A stretch of DNA of 30,806 nt, from IMG/VR virus record IMGVR_UViG_3300030438_000300, one strand, 5' to 3'. The notes beneath the pieces are model-generated. The model saw only the letters and a list, made by a program, of their open reading frames with translations, was not told the DNA's origin and did not search any database. This document shows positions 1-7,224 of this stretch, in pieces. Both the position numbers and the translations under genes were made by a program. Numbering within the stretch: position 1 is the first letter of the stretch; the number at the start of each line of letters is the position of its first letter. The DNA is from a virus (taxonomy: Duplodnaviria; Heunggongvirae; Uroviricota; Caudoviricetes).

Positions 1-10
1 TACTCCTCCT

Positions 11-715
11 TTATCCGATATCGCTTCGGGAAGTTGATAACAACTTCAATTCTGACTCAAGTTCATCAACTCTTTCAGTCAGTTTCTGGATATGGTGAAT
101 CAGTGGAACAACCAGACGTTCGTACATTACACCTTCGGCAACAAGGCCATTGCTGGAAATAGCTTCCCGTGCATCATCTTCGTTAGCTGATCGCCAGTGT
201 ACAAACTGAGGGGCAATTTCTCCTACTTCCTCGGCAATCAATCCGTAGAATCCCCAGTCACGCCTGTCATTTTCGCATTGTGACCTGTACCATACAGGGC
301 GCATCCTGAAAATGAGATCGGCGTGCTCTGAATCTATCGTCTCTACTGAATGTTTATAGCGGATAGACGATGTTGACCGCAGTACAGACGAAATTGCAGG
401 GTCAGGATTAAGATAAAGGTTTGCCGCCGCTGTAGTCGTGGCCAAATTCCATAAATAAAACGCTTCACGACCTGTCAGTGGATAAAAATCTCCGCCATAA
501 CGACCACTTTCCAGATCGTTCACTTCCACTTTGTTTTTCAGCTTATTATCAACTTCAGTTTTTGTGTATCTGGAGCTGATATCCTGCTTTGCACTGGTCA
601 TATCAGTCTGAAGCGTTGATACTTTACCGTTAATTGAGGAAATATCTTCCTTCGCTTTACTGACATCTCCCTTCAGCGTGGTGATGTCTCCCGGAATTAC
701 TGTCGATGTAGCCAT
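11..715 (-). CDS. Standalone protein with tail-fibre/tailspike C-terminal intramolecular chaperone-like domain (peptidase S74-like)
   Basis: 234-aa ORF with a GAGGGAG RBS about 6 nt upstream of the ATG. The N-terminal part is coiled-coil-like. The C-terminal part contains DWGFYGLIAEEVGEIAPQFV, which resembles the conserved G(F/L)IAQEV..P..V motif of endosialidase/tail-fibre chaperone domains. An in-frame TGA lies about 30 nt upstream, so this is not the open 3' end of a longer tail-fibre gene in this frame. Confidence 0.55.
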   Translation of the reverse strand: MATSTVIPGDITTLKGDVSKAKEDISSINGKVSTLQTDMTSAKQDISSRYTKTEVDNKLKNKVEVNDLESGRYGGDFYPLTGREAFYLWNLATTTAAANLYLNPDPAISSVLRSTSSIRYKHSVETIDSEHADLIFRMRPVWYRSQCENDRRDWGFYGLIAEEVGEIAPQFVHWRSANEDDAREAISSNGLVAEGVMYERLVVPLIHHIQKLTERVDELESELKLLSTSRSDIG

Positions 716-869
716 TTGTCTCCCTCACATCCAGCCACGAAGTTGATGTTCAACAACAACCGCGTATTCATCGAATATTGACGATTTTTTTGCATCATTA
801 ATGATGCGCACGTTGGTGATGCTGCCAACTTACTGATTTAGTGTATGATGGTGTTTTTGAGGTGCTCCA

Positions 870-1145
870 GTGGCTTCTGTTTCTATCAGCTGTCCCTCCT
901 GTTCAGCTACTGACGGGGTGGTGCGTAACGGCAAAAGCACCGCCGGACATCAGCGCTATCTCTGCTCTCACTGCCGTAAAACATGGCAACTGCAGTTCAC
1001 TTACACCGCTTCTCAACCCGGTACGCACCAGAAAATCATTGATATGGCCATGAATGGCGTTGGATGCCGGGCAACTGCACGCATTATGGGCGTTGGCCTC
1101 AACACGATTTTACGTCACTTAAAAAACTCAGGCCGCAGTCGGTAA
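870..1145 (+). CDS. insA: IS1 InsA (transposition inhibitor / N-terminal part of InsAB' transposase)
   Basis: 91-aa product [43 protein letters not shown]... matches IS1 InsA as recalled. Confidence 0.95.
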
Positions 1146-1567
1146 CCTCGCGCATACAGCCGGGCAGTGACGTCATCGTCTGCGCGGAAATGGACGAACA
1201 GTGGGGCTATGTCGGGGCTAAATCGCGCCAGCGCTGGCTGTTTTACGCGTATGACAGTCTCCGGAAGACGGTTGTTGCGCACGTATTCGGTGAACGCACG
1301 ATGGCGACGCTGGGGCGTCTTATGAGCCTGCTGTCACCCTTTGACGTGGTGATATGGATGACGGATGGCTGGCCGCTGTATGAATCCCGCCTGAAGGGAA
1401 AGCTGCACGTAATCAGCAAGCGATATACGCAGCGAATTGAGCGGCATAACCTGAATCTGAGGCAGCACCTGGCACGGCTGGGACGGAAGTCGCTGTCGTT
1501 CTCAAAATCGGTGGAGCTGCATGACAAAGTCATCGGGCATTATCTGAACATAAAACACTATCAATAA
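1064..1567 (+). CDS. insB: IS1 InsB reading frame (expressed as InsAB' transposase by -1 frameshift)
   Basis: 167-aa frame ...[28 protein letters not shown]... matches IS1 InsB. Slippery motif TTAAAAAACTC lies at about 1119-1129 (A6C at 1121-1127) within the insA/insB overlap. Confidence 0.9.
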
Positions 1568-1672
1568 GTTGGAGTCATTACCCGAGCGACATTGCTCCGT
1601 GTATTCACTCGTTGGAATGAATACACAGTGCAGTGTTTATTCTGTTATTTATGCCAAAAATAAAGGCCACTA

Positions 1673-1873
1673 TCAGGCAGCTTTGTTGTTCTGTTTACCA
1701 AGTTCTCTGGCAATCATTGCCGTCGTTCGTATTGCCCATTTATCGACATATTTCCCATCTTCCATTACAGGAAACATTTCTTCAGGCTTAACCATGCATT
1801 CCGATTGCAGCTTGCATCCATTGCATCGCTTGAATTGTCCACACCATTGATTTTTATCAATAGTCGTAGTCAT
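1673..1873 (-). CDS. Small Cys-rich hypothetical protein at the kil-equivalent position of the leftward early operon
   Basis: 66-aa ORF with an AGGA RBS about 9 nt upstream. Contains CGQFKRCNGCKLQSEC (C-x5-C-x2-C-x5-C). Position is equivalent to kilR, which precedes sieB in Rac. No sequence-level family assignment is possible from memory. Confidence 0.4.
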   Translation of the reverse strand: MTTTIDKNQWCGQFKRCNGCKLQSECMVKPEEMFPVMEDGKYVDKWAIRTTAMIARELGKQNNKAA

Positions 1874-2029
1874 ACGGATAGTCCTGGTATTGTTCCATCA
1901 CATCCTGAGGATGCTCTTCGAACTCTTCAAATTCTTCTTCCGTGTATCACCTTAAATAGTGGATTGCGGTAGTAAAGATTGTGCCTGTCTTTTAACCACA
2001 TCAGGCTCGGTGGTTCTCGTATACCCCTA

Positions 2030-2080
2030 CAGCGAGAAATCGGATAAACTCTATTCACCCCTACAGAGAGCAAAAGAGAA
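2030..2080 (+). promoter_or_regulatory. Direct repeats ACCCCTACAG(C/A)GAG upstream of sieB (candidate promoter or regulator sites)
   Basis: Two 13-14-nt near-identical copies at about 2033-2046 and 2067-2080, 34 bp centre to centre, immediately upstream of the sieB start at 2087. Confidence 0.3.
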
Positions 2081-2086
2081 ACGCCG

Positions 2087-2668
2087 ATGAACAACTCATG
2101 GTGGCAGGAACTAATGCATTTTTTCCTGCAAGGAATGACACTTAAACAGTTGATTCATATGCTAATCATCCTGATCATATTGATTATTGTTATGCCGGTA
2201 AGCGTAAAAGAATGGATAAACCTGCATAATCCAGAAATCCTTCCTCATTATTGGATGTATTACATCCTGTTGTTCTGCGTTAGCTATGTGCTTAACGGTG
2301 TTGTTAATTCCGCTTATCACGCTGTGACTGAAAGAATTGAGGTATCCGCTGCTCAGAAGCGCAAATCTAAAGAAGAAAAATATGTGCAAGATTTGTTTGA
2401 TTCGTTAACTCTTGGAGAAAGAGCGTATTTGGCATTCGCTGTAGCCGCGAATAACCAGCTAAAGACAGAAAAGGGAAGCCCTGAAGCAATCTCATTGCTC
2501 GAAAAAGGGCTTCTTATTCGGATACCTTCTGCTACTGGATATCCTGAAATCGACCGTTTTGTTATCCCGGAACGCTATAGAAATGAGTGCTACATTAGGT
2601 TTGCTGGGAAGAAAGACAGTCTTATGGATGAACTTATCGCTCAGGATAAGCATGGCAAAAACAAGTAA
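2087..2668 (+). CDS. sieB: Superinfection exclusion protein B
   Basis: 193-aa protein with hydrophobic N-terminal segments (LIHMLIILIILIIVMPV, YWMYYILLFCVSYVL) resembling lambda/Rac SieB as recalled. Orientation is opposite to the pL genes, as in Rac. The true start could be the internal Met at 2114. Confidence 0.8.
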   Translation: MNNSWWQELMHFFLQGMTLKQLIHMLIILIILIIVMPVSVKEWINLHNPEILPHYWMYYILLFCVSYVLNGVVNSAYHAVTERIEVSAAQKRKSKEEKYVQDLFDSLTLGERAYLAFAVAANNQLKTEKGSPEAISLLEKGLLIRIPSATGYPEIDRFVIPERYRNECYIRFAGKKDSLMDELIAQDKHGKNK

Positions 2669-2683
2669 TTAGCAAATGATTTA

Positions 2684-2956
2684 TCATCTCGCCGTCAGTT
2701 GTTTTGATTTCCTGTAGCCTGCCGCGTAAATGGCTACGTTCGGAAGACAAGTTGAACCTTCATATTTTCTGGTCAACGTTGTCAGAGTTATCACTTCTGC
2801 TCTCATTGCTGGTTTGCGCTTGCATTGCAAGACCACTCGTGAAGGGGTTGGCCTGTGTAGCTTGTCGGAGCTGATCGCCTCCTGACTTTGCAGATTTGCG
2901 CGACGAGCTCTACGGCGAGAAGCTGCGGTGCCTTTAAATTCTGTTTTTCTGGACAT
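2684..2956 (-). CDS. N: N-type transcription antitermination protein (P22 gp24-like)
   Basis: 90-aa product starting MSRKTEFKGTAASRRRARRANLQ (arginine-rich motif) and ending NVAIYAAGYRKSKQLTAR, matching the recalled C-terminus of P22 N. GGGAGGA RBS 5 nt upstream. The ORF-track extension to 3028 lacks an RBS and runs into nutL. Confidence 0.8.
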   Translation of the reverse strand: MSRKTEFKGTAASRRRARRANLQSQEAISSDKLHRPTPSRVVLQCKRKPAMRAEVITLTTLTRKYEGSTCLPNVAIYAAGYRKSKQLTAR

Positions 2957-3055
2957 GGATTCCTCCCGAATAAACTTTGGCGATGCAATCTCGAAGCTCC
3001 TCCTGAGACGGTTGCTTCGGCATTGCATCCCACAGCTTATGTGGTTGGGTGATCT

Positions 3056-3100
3056 GGCTTTTCAGCCACGTAGTCGAGAGTCGACGTTGTTTAAAGAGCC
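3056..3100 (-). promoter_or_regulatory. nutL: Candidate nutL (boxA plus boxB-like hairpin)
   Basis: Minus strand reads GCTCTTTAAACAA (boxA-like, cf. consensus CGCTCTTTA), then a GTCGA-CTC-TCGAC hairpin, then GGCTGAAAAGCC (stem with purine-rich loop), located between the presumed pL and the N start. Confidence 0.5.
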
Positions 3101-3260
3101 TGCCAGTCTGTTCCATTTGGCTTCCAGCGTCCTGCTGACGATTAAATAGTACGATATGTACTTTACAAGATCAATACAATTTGTTGTAAGTTGGCGTGGT
3201 TTTTTATAACGCTTTGTATTTAATAGTGTTGTTTTTTAGCGTGGATGTATTGCCTCGGCG
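3101..3260 (-). promoter_or_regulatory. Candidate pL/OL operator-promoter region
   Basis: AT-rich non-coding region upstream of nutL/N. Contains motifs also present in the cI-cro intergenic region: TAACGCTTTGTATT (about 3207-3220) and, inverted, GTACTTTAC... (about 3152-3168). Confidence 0.4.
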
Positions 3261-3360
3261 ATGTAAGGAGAGATCAGAATTGCGTGGTTTAGTGGGTTGC
3301 ATCTATTTATTTTTCAATAAATACAATTGGTTATGTGTTTTTAGGTGGGGCGATCGTGAG

Positions 3361-3388
3361 GCAAAGAAAACCCGGCGCTGAGACCGGG
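3361..3388 (-). terminator. Intrinsic terminator immediately downstream of the RexB-like gene
   Basis: On the minus strand, stop TAA (3391-3389) is followed by hairpin CCCGGTCTCAGCGCCGGG (3388-3371) and TTTTCTTTG. Confidence 0.55.
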
Positions 3389-3880
3389 TTATTGTTGCTT
3401 GAGTTTTTCGTTATAAATCTGTTTCAGCTTTATTGGTATGAAAAAAGAGCATCCAAATGAAATTATGCTTAGCCAGCATATAATAAACTCAAGTGCCAGA
3501 CTCAGGTTGGTCACAGGCGGCTTGCTTGCTAAGATTTTACTGGTGTCTCCTGGTGGCAGCAGCATGTAGTAGAAGAATATTAAGCACAAGACTGTAAGAT
3601 AGAGGTAAAAAAGCATCATGTAACGAGAAAACCGAATTTCGAATTTCCTCTTAGTTGCATACTTTTCTGATCTTGATTTACCTTCTGTAAACGATGCTAC
3701 GTCTCCACTTGTGGTTATAACAAGTAACAGAAACCCTGTTAATATTGAAAATATATTTGCCACAAGTCCAAGCAACTCTTTGTTATATCTAACCTTATCA
3801 TGTAAATAATAAGTTAATACAAGAGAAAGGCAGATAAAAAAGATTATGGAAAAAATATAACTCCAATCTTTACCTCTCAT
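3389..3880 (-). CDS. RexB-position small integral membrane protein (4 predicted TM helices); candidate effector of a phage-exclusion system
   Basis: 163-aa ORF with four hydrophobic segments (YIFSIIFFICLSLVLTYYL, LLGLVANIFSILTGFLLLVITT, YMMLFYLYLTVLCLIFFYYMLL, LSLALEFIICWLSIISFGCSFFI). Strongly AT-rich. Same strand as cI and last gene of the cI-distal pair, as rexB is in lambda. No sequence similarity to lambda RexB recognised. Confidence 0.65.
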   Translation of the reverse strand: MRGKDWSYIFSIIFFICLSLVLTYYLHDKVRYNKELLGLVANIFSILTGFLLLVITTSGDVASFTEGKSRSEKYATKRKFEIRFSRYMMLFYLYLTVLCLIFFYYMLLPPGDTSKILASKPPVTNLSLALEFIICWLSIISFGCSFFIPIKLKQIYNEKLKQQ

Positions 3881-3917
3881 TCACACCTCCCCCTTTGGTT
3901 ATACGTACAACCCTCCA

Positions 3918-4769
3918 TTATAGTATGAAATCCTTGAAGTGCTCAAGAATTTCCTTAGCGTGTTCCGCTTTTATGGTGGTAGAGCCATACTTTCTTGTGT
4001 AATAATCTTTTTTTGTTTTGATTTCAGAGCTTTTGATCGCTTGGCCTTTTGATGTTGTGATGAAGAACTCTTCCGATAATTCATCAATGATCAGGCTTGG
4101 ATTTTTGTTCGCAATATTTAAGAGTTTTGGGTTATGTCTCTTGTCAAGAGTCAGAAGCCCATAGAAAGAGTTGTCATCATCTTGCTCTTTCTCAAATAAT
4201 CTTGACAAAGCTTCTTTAGCTTTTCCAGTGATACCTAATGATGTTGCTTTTGCCTCTTCTAGATCTTCTTTTGTTGTTTCAATACTTAGGCTGATGGAGC
4301 GTATTCCATCTTTTATTATCTTGCCAAGTGCATCTTTGTTGAGTTTCTCAGAAATATTCACATTGATATTCATGAGGCTAAATATTTTTTTTAACTTAGA
4401 TAAAGGATGAGTTCCTGATAGTTGAAAAATTGTTAGAATATTGCTTTCTGTTGCAAGTAAGAATATATGGCATTTATCATAATTATCTACATCCTGCAAA
4501 TCGTTATGGTCTCCATCTTTTGGAGTTACCGGGACCAAAGCTTTGGGCTCATAGAGTGTTATCCCAGCAAAGATTTGGTCATCGTTAACTATTAGACTTT
4601 TTATCCTTGCCCGAGTGTCGTTAGAGTACTCAAAGTCATAGTTTTGTTTGAAATTTTCGCATGTCTTCAAGACATCTACAAATGAGTATCCGTCATTACA
4701 ATCTACTTCAAATAGCGAAGTTTGTACTTTTTTGGGGAAATCTTTATTTTTTTCTTCCGAAAAATTCAT
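3918..4769 (-). CDS. RexA-position soluble protein; candidate sensor of a phage-exclusion system
   Basis: About 283-aa ORF from ATG 4769, with AAGGA RBS 6 nt upstream (the ORF track begins 2 codons earlier at TTG 4775). Lys/Asp/Glu-rich and AT-rich. No Walker, HNH or other catalytic motif recognised. Sits between cI and the 4-TM gene, as rexA does in lambda. Confidence 0.65.
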   Translation of the reverse strand: MNFSEEKNKDFPKKVQTSLFEVDCNDGYSFVDVLKTCENFKQNYDFEYSNDTRARIKSLIVNDDQIFAGITLYEPKALVPVTPKDGDHNDLQDVDNYDKCHIFLLATESNILTIFQLSGTHPLSKLKKIFSLMNINVNISEKLNKDALGKIIKDGIRSISLSIETTKEDLEEAKATSLGITGKAKEALSRLFEKEQDDDNSFYGLLTLDKRHNPKLLNIANKNPSLIIDELSEEFFITTSKGQAIKSSEIKTKKDYYTRKYGSTTIKAEHAKEILEHFKDFIL

Positions 4770-4868
4770 TGGCAATCCTTACTTTTTAATAAATGATTTT
4801 CAGTAAATTAATCAGTAAGTTGTTTAGCATAGGGTATGTGCGCTTTTGATAAATTACATGCAGTCACA

Positions 4869-5522
4869 TCACCCAAACGTCTCTTCAGGCCACTGACTAG
4901 CGATAACTTTCCCCACAACGGAACAACTCTCATTGCATGGGATCATTGGGTATTGTGGGTTTAGTGGCTGTAGAAACATCTGACCGCTATCCCTGATCAG
5001 TTTCTTGAAGGTAAACTCATCACCACCAAGTCTGGCTATACAGAAATCGCCTGGCTCAACAGCCTGCTCAGGGTCAACCAGAATTAACATCCCGTCAGGA
5101 AAGCTGGGCTTGGAACCTGTTGGTGCGGTCATTGAGTTACCTTCAACCTCAAGCCAGAATGCAGAGTCACTGGCTTTTTTGGTTGTGCTTACCAATCTCT
5201 CCGCATCGCCTTTGGTAAAGGTTCTGAGTTCTGGAGAGAACATCCCAGCCTGAACATGAGAAAAAACAGGGTACTCATATTGTTTTTTAACTGGGGCCGA
5301 TGAGTATTCGCCAACAGGTGAAAATGTCCCGTCGTGGTTGAATGATATGTTATCAATACCAAGGTATTTAAACACCACACCAATATCACTAAGAGATGGA
5401 TGACGAGATCCGCGCAACCAGTGTCCAATCCCACCCTGCGTCATACCTAGCTCTTCGGCTAACTTCTCTTGAGTTATGCCGAGCTCTTTCATTCTGGATC
5501 TAGCCAGTTCATACCATTTCAT
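4869..5522 (-). CDS. cI: CI-type prophage repressor (XRE HTH N-domain plus LexA/S24-like C-domain)
   Basis: The C-terminal ~130 aa ([27 protein letters not shown]...[15 protein letters not shown]) are near-identical to the lambda cI C-terminal domain as recalled. The N-terminal HTH ([38 protein letters not shown]) is different. Start chosen at the second Met (AGGA at 7-nt spacing); Met 5528 or the ORF-track start 5570 are alternatives. Confidence 0.9.
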   Translation of the reverse strand: MKWYELARSRMKELGITQEKLAEELGMTQGGIGHWLRGSRHPSLSDIGVVFKYLGIDNISFNHDGTFSPVGEYSSAPVKKQYEYPVFSHVQAGMFSPELRTFTKGDAERLVSTTKKASDSAFWLEVEGNSMTAPTGSKPSFPDGMLILVDPEQAVEPGDFCIARLGGDEFTFKKLIRDSGQMFLQPLNPQYPMIPCNESCSVVGKVIASQWPEETFG

Positions 5523-5528
5523 TTTCAT

Positions 5529-5638
5529 GTCCTTATTATTACGCTTTGTACTGGAACCATCCATGCACAATGTGTATTTTTACTTGTATTCGTAAAGTAC
5601 ATATTGTATTTTTTATTCGTGTTTACTATGGAGGGCAT
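5529..5638. promoter_or_regulatory. Candidate OR operator region with divergent pRM/pR
   Basis: 110-bp AT-rich intergenic between divergent cI and cro. Contains TTACGCTTTGTACT (5539-5552) and GTAAAGTACATAT (5592-5604), both recurring upstream of N. Confidence 0.55.
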
Positions 5639-5854
5639 ATGAGCAACCTACGAAAATATCGAGAGTCACTGAATATCTCTCAAACAACACTTGCTAAGGC
5701 AGTTGGATGCACACAGGGAGCTATCGGACATTGGGAATCTGGTCGTCGCTTCCCAGACCTTAAAACATGCCGTGCTCTTGTTGCGTGCCTAAACAAGTTA
5801 GGCGCAAAAGTCAGTCTTGATGACGTGTTCCCGCCGGAACACAAAGCCGCTTAA
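5639..5854 (+). CDS. cro: Cro-like repressor (HTH XRE family)
   Basis: 71-aa product MSNLRKYRESLNISQTTLAKAVGCTQGAIGHWESGRRFP with GGAGGG RBS. Its recognition-helix region is paralogous to that of the adjacent cI (TQGGIGHW vs TQGAIGHW). Confidence 0.85.
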   Translation: MSNLRKYRESLNISQTTLAKAVGCTQGAIGHWESGRRFPDLKTCRALVACLNKLGAKVSLDDVFPPEHKAA

Positions 5855-5864
5855 TAAGCGGATC

Positions 5865-5909
5865 CGCTCTTTGTAACAACGGACATTCGTCCTACGTCGC
5901 TGAAAAGCG
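5865..5909 (+). promoter_or_regulatory. nutR: Candidate nutR (boxA plus boxB-like hairpin)
   Basis: CGCTCTTTGTAACAA (boxA-like) 11 nt after the cro stop, then a GGAC-ATTC-GTCC hairpin, then CGCTGAAAAGCG. Same architecture as the nutL candidate. Confidence 0.5.
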
Positions 5910-5995
5910 AGTTCCAAGATATCTGACCAACTAAGGCCATATGCGTTTCCACGCATACCTTTCAACTAACTATTCACTATTGGAAATCTTAAGAA

Positions 5996-6292
5996 ATGGA
6001 AAGAACAAGTTACAGCAAACTATCACAGCGTGACGTTGATCGCGCAGAAACAGATTTACTTATCAATCTGTCAGCTATTACCCAGCGCGGTCTGGCAAAG
6101 ATGATTGGCTGTCATGAATCGAAGATAAGCAGAACGGATTGGAGATTTATTGCTTCGGTCTTGTGTGCTTTCGGAATGGCATCAGACATCAGTCCGATTA
6201 GCAGGGCTTTTAAGTATGCGCTTGATGGACTCACCAATAAAAAACGCCCGGCGGCAACCGAGCGTTCTGAACAAATCCAGATGGAGTTCTGA
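5996..6292 (+). CDS. cII: CII-type transcriptional activator (hybrid)
   Basis: 98 aa. C-terminal LTNKKRPAATERSEQIQMEF matches the lambda CII C-terminus as recalled; the N-terminal ~75 aa differ. Weak RBS. Confidence 0.8.
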   Translation: MERTSYSKLSQRDVDRAETDLLINLSAITQRGLAKMIGCHESKISRTDWRFIASVLCAFGMASDISPISRAFKYALDGLTNKKRPAATERSEQIQMEF

Positions 6293-6324
6293 GGTCATTA
6301 CTGGATCTATCAACAGGAGTCATT

Positions 6325-7224
6325 ATGACAAATACAGCAAAAATACTCAACTTCGGCAGAGGTAACTTTGCCGGACAGGAGCGTAATGTGGCAGATCTCG
6401 ATGATGGTTACGCCAGACTATCAAATATGCTGCTTGAGGCTTATTCGGGCGCAGATCTGACCAAGCGACAGTTTAAAGTGCTGCTTGCCATTCTGCGTAA
6501 AACCTATGGGTGGAATAAACCAATGGACAGAATCACCGATTCTCAACTTAGCGAGATTACAAAGTTACCTGTCAAACGGTGCAATGAAGCCAAGTTAGAA
6601 CTCGTCAGAATGAATATTATCAAGCAGCAAGGCGGCATGTTTGGACCAAATAAAAACATCTCAGAATGGTGCATCCCTCAAAACGAGGGAAAATCCCCTA
6701 AAACGAGGGATAAAACATCCCTCAAATTGGGGGATTGCTATCCCTCAAAACAGGGGGACACAAAAGACACTATTACAAAAGAAAAAAGAAAAGATTATTC
6801 GTCAGAGAATTCTGGCGAATCCTCTGACCAGCCAGAAAACGACCTTTCTGTGGTGAAACCGGATGCTGCAATTCAGAGCGGCAGCAAGTGGGGGACAGCA
6901 GAAGACCTGACCGCCGCAGAGTGGATGTTTGACATGGTGAAGACTATCGCACCATCAGCCAGAAAACCGAATTTTGCTGGGTGGGCTAACGATATCCGCC
7001 TGATGCGTGAACGTGACGGACGTAACCACCGCGACATGTGCGTGCTGTTCCGCTGGGCATGCCAGGACAACTTCTGGTCCGGTAACGTGCTGAGCCCGGC
7101 CAAACTCCGCGATAAGTGGACCCAACTCGAAATCAACCGTAACAAGCAACAGGCAGGCGTGACAGCCAGCAAACCAAAACTCGACCTGACAAACACAGAC
7201 TGGATTTACGGGGTGGATCTATGA
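6325..7224 (+). CDS. O: Replication initiator O (lambda-type)
   Basis: 299-aa product MTNTAKILNFGRGNFAGQERNVADLDDGYARLSNMLLEAY... is essentially lambda O as recalled and contains the ori iterons. Confidence 0.95.
   Translation: MTNTAKILNFGRGNFAGQERNVADLDDGYARLSNMLLEAYSGADLTKRQFKVLLAILRKTYGWNKPMDRITDSQLSEITKLPVKRCNEAKLELVRMNIIKQQGGMFGPNKNISEWCIPQNEGKSPKTRDKTSLKLGDCYPSKQGDTKDTITKEKRKDYSSENSGESSDQPENDLSVVKPDAAIQSGSKWGTAEDLTAAEWMFDMVKTIAPSARKPNFAGWANDIRLMRERDGRNHRDMCVLFRWACQDNFWSGNVLSPAKLRDKWTQLEINRNKQQAGVTASKPKLDLTNTDWIYGVDL
6673..6758 (+). repeat. ori: ori-lambda iterons (four ~19-bp O-binding repeats) followed by an A/T-rich unwinding region
   Basis: ATCCCTCAAAACGAGGGAA, ATCCCCTAAAACGAGGGAT, ATCCCTCAAATTGGGGGAT and ATCCCTCAAAACAGGGGGA, followed by ACAAAAGACACTATTACAAAAGAAAAAAGAAAAG (about 6760-6800). 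Confidence 0.9.

Larger units (their letters stand above)
815..1582 (+). mobile_element. IS1: Insertion sequence IS1 (complete, 768 bp)
   Basis: Left end GGTGATGCTGCCAACTTACTGAT at 815 and right end ...ATCAATAAGTTGGAGTCATTACC at 1582. Encodes canonical InsA and InsB with the A6C frameshift motif. Flanking 9-mers gcgcacgtt (806-814) and cgagcgaca (1583-1591) are not a direct repeat. Confidence 0.95.

Noticed and set aside
1569-1850. 93-aa plus-strand ORF just right of IS1
   Set aside because: It overlaps the better-supported minus-strand 66-aa ORF, has no RBS and starts in the IS1 terminal sequence. It is probably a chance frame.
3196-3381. 61-aa plus-strand ORF in the N-upstream intergenic region
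   Set aside because: It lies in the presumed pL/OL regulatory region, is AT-rich and Phe/Leu-rich, has no RBS and runs into the terminator hairpin.
4869-5570. 233-aa version of cI with an N-terminal extension ([14 protein letters not shown]...)
   Set aside because: The extension runs into the operator/promoter region. The Met at 5522 has an AGGA at proper spacing and gives a canonical HTH start.
5546-5854. Long 102-aa version of cro starting inside the operator region
   Set aside because: The upstream extension crosses the OR region without an RBS. The internal ATG at 5639 has a GGAGGG RBS and gives a typical 71-aa Cro.
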